A program made the position numbers and the translations under genes. The notes under the pieces were generated by a model. It made no database searches. It saw only the letters and a program-made list of their open reading frames with translations, and was not told the origin of the DNA. DNA of 64,000 nt, from contig JAADVB010000015.1 of the NCBI GenBank assembly GCA_023334545.1, positions 1-64,000 on the forward strand, in the 5' to 3' direction. Origin of the DNA: Salisapilia sapeloensis CBS 127946. Lineage: Eukaryota; Protista; Oomycota. Below are positions 58,268 to 64,000 of this stretch, one piece after another (positions within the stretch are counted from its first letter, which is position 1; every line of letters begins with the position of its first letter).

Positions 58268-58669
58268 TTAGTGACCCTTGAAAAAGTAGGCAAGTGCAAC
58301 GGCAGCAAGAGCGACCACGGCGTACACAGGGGTGTTGTTGCCGCTGATGTCCTTGCGGCCGTCGCCAACGGTGGATGCCGCCGACTTTTTCTCCTTTTTC
58401 ACGTCGCCCTTGATTTTACCAATGACGAACTCTTCTGCCTGCGCACGAGCGTCGTTCGAGTGTCCAATGTCCTCGAAGTCCTCCGTGCAGTCCTGGCCAG
58501 CGAAGTCCGTCATAATCTCAGGTCCGCCAGGATGGTCATCAAGGAATGCCGTTACGTCGAGCACTCTGCGGATGCCATCGCCGTTATCAAGGAGCAAGTA
58601 GCAGTCCTTTTCCGTGTTGTGCTGGGCCACTTCTTCAAGCGTGAATTCCTTGAGCTCTGTTTCTGCCAT
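58268..58669 (-). CDS. CYB5: Cytochrome b5, tail-anchored
   Basis: FTLEEVAQHN, FLDDHPGG, FEDIGHS and the C-terminal TM segment VYAVVALAAVALAYFF. Confidence 0.95.
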   Translation of the reverse strand: MAETELKEFTLEEVAQHNTEKDCYLLLDNGDGIRRVLDVTAFLDDHPGGPEIMTDFAGQDCTEDFEDIGHSNDARAQAEEFVIGKIKGDVKKEKKSAASTVGDGRKDISGNNTPVYAVVALAAVALAYFFKGH

Positions 58670-59563
58670 TGTGCGCTGTGTGGCTAGTGTCGAAGAGAGG
58701 GATGAGCTGAGTCGGTTCCGGCGGTCAAAATCGGATTTGAATGGCAGCTCCTGCGGTGCATACAAAAACCAAATACAAACCTATCTTGTCACTACTCGAC
58801 ACGTCTTTGCGTCATCACAGAGTGCTTTTTTACGGAACGGTCCGCATTGTCGACCACCGGAGATGGAGGTGGTCGACTTGCTCCGGAAGGAGCTACGGGA
58901 TGTTGATGTATAATTGAGCTGAGCAGCTTATTCGAACTCAAGCTTATTGAACTAGCTTCGTTTTCTACTACTTTTCGATGATTGACTATGATGCTAGCGA
59001 TACCGGATTTTGTATCTTCAGTTTCCTCAAACTTATCCATTTTCTCGCTTTCTTCCATGTGCCTGCTAGATCATGGACGCTAAATTTATGGATTCTACTT
59101 TTTGTTTAATCTTAGATGCATTCGAATGCTTTTATAGTTCTTGTTTTTTATTTCTCTCGTTTCGACATGATACTTTGTCGCTACTTTATCTTCTCTCAAC
59201 ATCTCGATCTACGCATGGCTAGTACTGCTTCGTCTGTGATGAAGAGATCAGAAAGGTAACTCGTCAAATCCATCGCCAAATAGATTGCACAGAGTTATAA
59301 AATCCAGATTTCCACAACCTAATGATAAGCATCCCTTTGATATAGCATATTCCTTCCCAATTAACATTGTTCGTCACTTTTCTTGAGTGTTTAATGCATC
59401 TTGTCAAAGCAACTAAAAAGCTTGGATTGCGACCTCAGCTTCGCAAGGCCAAGTACCTACTTCCTTCTTGCAACTAAACATATAGTTTAATTGTTTGTCC
59501 CTGCTTGCTTGTCAAGTCATCAACCACTTGATCTGTGACAGACTTTAAGGATCTTGTTAGGAA

Positions 59564-59600
59564 AGTTTTCAAGTCACAACTTTGCATTGACTTGAAAACT
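59564..59600. repeat. Perfect 13-bp inverted repeat with an 11-nt spacer
   Basis: AGTTTTCAAGTCA-caactttgcat-TGACTTGAAAACT. Confidence 0.8.
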
Positions 59601-59767
59601 CAAGGTTTGGCGTACTGCCAATGTTGTCAGTGCAATCCGCGGTACAAATTTGCTTTCTAAAATATAATTAAAATATGCCTGTATAGCATTCTTTGTGTCA
59701 CAGACACTGCATACTTCTCCGGTTTCCTACTCTATTCTTGCATCGTCGTTATCGCTCATCACTGTCG

Positions 59768-62712
59768 TTATTTAGCTTTCTCAGTTTCATCGGCAGACTC
59801 TTCAGGTAGCGTCCAGCTTGACTCATTAGTCAGATCGTTATAGTAGTACTCATTGCCATAATTATCATACGCCTTCCTCCAATACTTTCTGGCATCTTGT
59901 AGCCTGCTTTCAACATCTGCAAGAGCCATGAGCTCCTGAGCCCGGTACATGGCTACTTCAGCATTGTATTTTGCTAAATCGGCTGCACGCTTCGCTTCCT
60001 TTAGCTGCAGTTCTGTTTCAGCAAACTGCACCAACTCTGCTTCTAATAGCTCTCTCTTGCGTTGCTCTCGGATCTTGGCCTCTTCTTCTTTCCACCTGCG
60101 CTCACGAATGTACGCTGCTTTCATCTCCTGCTTCCTCTTTACCTCTCGCATAACTGCCACTTGAGCACGAGCTGCAAAACCACGTTGAATGCGTTGAATG
60201 CGTGTTGCACATTTTATCTCAAGAGCGGATTGCTTCTTCATTTGTCGCACTGCTATCCTTGCGATCCGGCCTCGTGCGCATTTCTGAATTATCGTTATCG
60301 CATGATCCTCCTGTCGAACAATCAGCTCCATGTCTGTCAGATATCCTTCTGTCCAACGTAGTTCCTCTAAAGAGAAACTCAACATCCGCGGAGATATGAC
60401 CTTTGCAGTCGCCGAACCAGCGTCTCTGTTTACACCATAATCACGCATGCTGGCTCTTTCAATGATTTCGTTCATCCGCATCCAGCACTGCAAATTTTTC
60501 CTTAAAAGGTACCCGCGATAGCGAGATTGGAAGAAGGTTGCTACTCTCGTTCTCATCCGGATTTCATGTTCCTTCTCCATCCGTAGCCTCCTGACATGTC
60601 GGTAGGCCAGAATCGACAAAAACCACCGCTGAAGACGCCCAACAAGTACAATGGACACAATTTCATCCAGTTTGTGGGAGCATGAGCGATCTATGTACTT
60701 GCGCTTGATCAAAAACATCCGCAAGACGGACTGAATTACAAGTGCAGAAAGCTGTTTATGAGCCAACACTTTTCGAACCAATTTGCCTCGCATACAACGC
60801 TGTATTGTAATAGTAGCGCAATGTCTTTTGTACTCATGCGCTCGACGTCGATTTAGCTTTCCTATATAAGCTGCATAAATAACTGCTGATCGTATGACTC
60901 GACCAGCTTGCTGTTCTCTGGCTTCTAACTCAGCTTGTCTAGCTATCCGTCTCATCTGTAGCAAACGATATGCTGCCCATTGTCGCCACCATGTTTGTAC
61001 TCGAAGTGCTGCCAAGGCTCGTAGTTTAGCTTCACGAATGTAATGCACCTGCTGTCTGCTAATAAAACCTCGTACGATGCGTTGAATTGGTATTGCAGAT
61101 GCATTGCGCACTAGTTGCTGCTTCTTCGAGATAGCAGCCTCTTCTTCAGCTCTTCTAATACGATCAAGCTTTTCCTTTTGCTTTAGAAAACGCCTTTGAA
61201 GCCCCTTAAGAAACTTGGATTGACGATACCATCTTTGAATCACCAGTGTAGATCCATATTGTTGTGCCTTTAAATTTTGAAGAAGTGTGACTTGATTGAC
61301 TGCTAGACTACGGCGAACATGGCACTGAAGCTTGATTGCACATTGATCTTCCTTTTTTTTACGTTGTTCTCGCAACTCTCTTCGAACTTGAAGCTCCTTC
61401 CGTGCCAATCTGCATCGCCAAACTGTCTGTACAACTACAGCAGCAGTTTTCCGACGATACCGAACGAGTATTCGTCGTAGTGTACTAATGCGTCGCCACC
61501 AAGTTTGAATTTTAATGTAGCTTTGGATTAGCTCCTCTTGCTCCTTTAACGCTATTGCTTGTTTTCTAGCTTCTTCAACTAGTCTTAACTCAATCACTCG
61601 CTTTTGAGCAATCGCCGCTGCTGCTTCTTCGAGTCGAATGGCCCTCACTTTTTCAATTTTTGACCGGTACATAATTTGGATGACAATTGCCGCCTTTGTA
61701 CGCTCTACTGCTCTCATTCGATCGCTTGCTCGTATCCACTTCTGTAATGCAAGCTTTAAGGATTCAAGTCGATTATCTACAATTGTTTTCTGAAGGAAGG
61801 TTATTGCCCACCGCTGGGCTTGTTCTAATGCTTGCTGCTCTACTTGTGCTCGCAGTGCATCATGCACGAATCCTTTCCATCTCCATAAAGCTGCATTAAG
61901 AAGTTTATTCTGAAGTCTACTAAACACTCTCGTGATGGTGGCAATGCTCCGTTCCCTACAATACGAATGATCCAAACTACGTTCGAAGAGAAACGTGAGT
62001 GGTAGTTTGGCTTTTTCGTCATCAATCTGCTTCAAAATCTCAGCCTTTAGTTGCTGTTGATCTTGGTGCAAGTGCTGAATGCAGTCCTCATACGTATTAT
62101 GCCTCCGCCCTAAAGGATTTACAGCATGATCCTTCGTAGCAACATATTTATCCACTTCTTTATGGAAACGTGGGAAGCTGTGGGCATACAATTTACATTT
62201 TGCTAATACTTTGTACAGGATAGATGATACCTTAGCGACAAGATGTTGTGTTTCTTCGTCTTCTTTCTTCGCCTTTTCACTTTTGATCGACATACCGCTT
62301 CTAGTTGTAGTTCAGAACTGCTACATAGAGTACCATGATGATCGCGATTGTAGTCTATTGTACGCATGCATGCTTCATGTTCGCTACTTGAAGGGGCTTG
62401 CTTTGTCGTAGGCTTGGTAGCTTCCGCACCGACGCCACCATTTGTCTTTCGGTTGCGAACGGCAGGTAACTTTCGAGGTATCGCTTTCGTCATCTTTAAT
62501 GGCTTTGCTCTTGATAAAGTTGGATCTACCCAGCTATATTCGCTTGTGCTTTGGCATCGCTTCGAGCTCTCTGCTGCATACATCTTGCATCTCTTCGACG
62601 ATGGCTTTGAAAAAGTGGTTTTGTAGTCCTCTATCGTCTCTGCATCGACTCGCAGCCATGGATACTTGCTCACAAGTTGTGAAATATCCCAATTATTGCG
62701 CTGCATGGGCAT
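59768..62712 (-). CDS. Multi-IQ-motif protein with a C-terminal WW domain; 5' exon(s) in 62203-62712 likely but splice junction unresolved
   Basis: Twelve or more IQ-like motifs (IQTWWRR, IQRIVRG, IQRCMRG, FQSRYRG, IQRIQRG...) and the WW domain WRKAYDNYGNEYYYNDLTNESSWTLP in ORF 59768-62293. Confidence 0.8.
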
Positions 62713-62920
62713 CAGAAGGAACTTAATGCTGCAGAGTACTTTGAGTTGGACAGCTTACCACGATTTCCTGTATGTAATTCAAAATGTCTATTTTTGCCTA
62801 AAGTTTTTTCAAATAGCATGGATGCGCCAAGGGTATAAATCCGTTTGCATGTTCCTACAATGAATTATGATCAAGGGCTCACTTTGGGCAGCAGTCAACA
62901 AAAATCTACTTCGTCTTCAA

Positions 62921-64000
62921 TCAATTCTCCAAGACACTGCCATCTTTCAACATCTTGCGCAGTGCAAACGAAATTTGCACTGCAGTTGGTCTCTCTTTCG
63001 GTTCGAAACTTAGACATTTATCTACCAGGTCGCGCATCGCCTCTGGGCAAACATCGGAGACATTTGGTTTGATTTCGCCACAGGCAACGCGATGCATAAG
63101 TGCAAAGTCTGGTAGCTTTCGTCCTCTTACATCCGTTGCATCGTATAGAGGCAGTTCATGTGTGTCCAGCTCAGTCAGAATGGCTCCAAAAGAGTACGAG
63201 TCGCAAGTGTGATCATAATATTCGCCAGCCACAACCTCTGGTGCAAGCCACTATGTCAAGAAAGGAGACAGTGAGCAATAATGATGGTGGAAAGGATAAA
63301 ATATTGATGTACATACCCGGGCACTTCCCACGGCCTGGGTGGTCATGGTGTTACTTTCCGACATGAGTCGAGCGGAGCCAAAGTCGCTCACTTTCGCGAC
63401 CATACCTTCTGATAATAGAACGTTGCGAGACTTGAGATCGCGATGGACGATAGGACGTTCAAAAGACTGAACGTATACAAGCGCTTCGGCACTGTCTATA
63501 GCGATGCAAAGCTTCTCTTTCGTCCAATGGCGAGGTACCATGGAGCGCTGTAAATAATCTCGCAAGTCACCATTGGACATGTATTCGAAGATAGCCTGGA
63601 AATCTGACTTCATAGTCCATGCGACGCCAATACACTTGATAATATTTGCATGCTCGATTCTTGCAACCAGCTTCACTTCATCCACAAACTTATCGAAAGC
63701 TACTGGATCCACGACGTTCCGTGCTAATCTCTTGGATGCGTAGTATGTGTTGTAGTACGACACGAGCCAGACGACTCCGTAAGCTCCAGAGCCTAGGACC
63801 TTGATGTCCTTAATGTCTGCGAAATTCAGCTTTTTGTCAACGAGCTCTCGGTCTCCCCATAGATCATAAACGCTGGAGCCAGTGGACGATTCACCAGTAC
63901 AGGTTGGAGGCATAGGCTGGGTTACCGTCTCAGTCATTGTCATTGCTCCACCTAGCGTAAAGCCCTCCTCTTCATCTTTTGCGGTTGGAGCTGGATTCCG
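62921..64000 (-). CDS. Tyrosine-kinase-like (TKL) protein kinase; 5' part lies beyond the window
   Basis: GSGAYG, ASKRL, HRDLKSRN, DFG, RWLAPE (across one intron) and DSYSFG. The frame is open to position 64000. Confidence 0.93.

Noticed and set aside
58849-58877. 10-bp GC-rich hairpin GTCGACCACC-N9-GGTGGTCGAC upstream of cytochrome b5
   Set aside because: A 10-bp stem with a short loop is roughly expected by chance once in 64 kb, and there is no other support.
58614-59058. ORFs 58792-59058 (-) and 58614-58913 (+)
   Set aside because: They are short, have no recognisable motif, overlap the cytochrome b5 promoter or antisense strand, and could not be linked into a gene model.

Overview
This is a gene-dense eukaryotic window with short GT-AG introns. 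It is most consistent with an oomycete, an inference from Inr/FPR-like promoters, a Cys-type bZIP, a secreted tyrosinase-like gene, oomycete-style ankyrin repeats and a TKL kinase. It holds about 30 protein genes, mostly housekeeping: HPPK-DHPS, DHHC, GBF1-like ARF-GEF, TBC GAP, RPC2, CRNKL1, DIMT1, RadA/Sms, MUTYH, COG3, NAA60, MED21, pallidin and cytochrome b5. It also has two tandem Old Yellow Enzymes, three scramblase-like paralogues (one a pseudogene), and two identical tRNA-Gly(TCC) genes bracketing a decayed ankyrin gene. No CRISPR array, rRNA or intact mobile element was seen. The most notable observations are: (1) a 13-codon block just after the stop codon of all three scramblase paralogues that diverges like coding sequence in the +1 frame; (2) an apparent Med19-bromodomain fusion; (3) a secreted tyrosinase fold lacking about 5 of 6 copper ligands; (4) a 123-nt identical tract between otherwise diverged OYE paralogues; (5) an E2F-site/CCAAT promoter plus PIP box at MUTYH; (6) bacterial-type RadA and MTA/SAH deaminase genes. 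All family assignments come from motif recognition by eye; no database searches were run.
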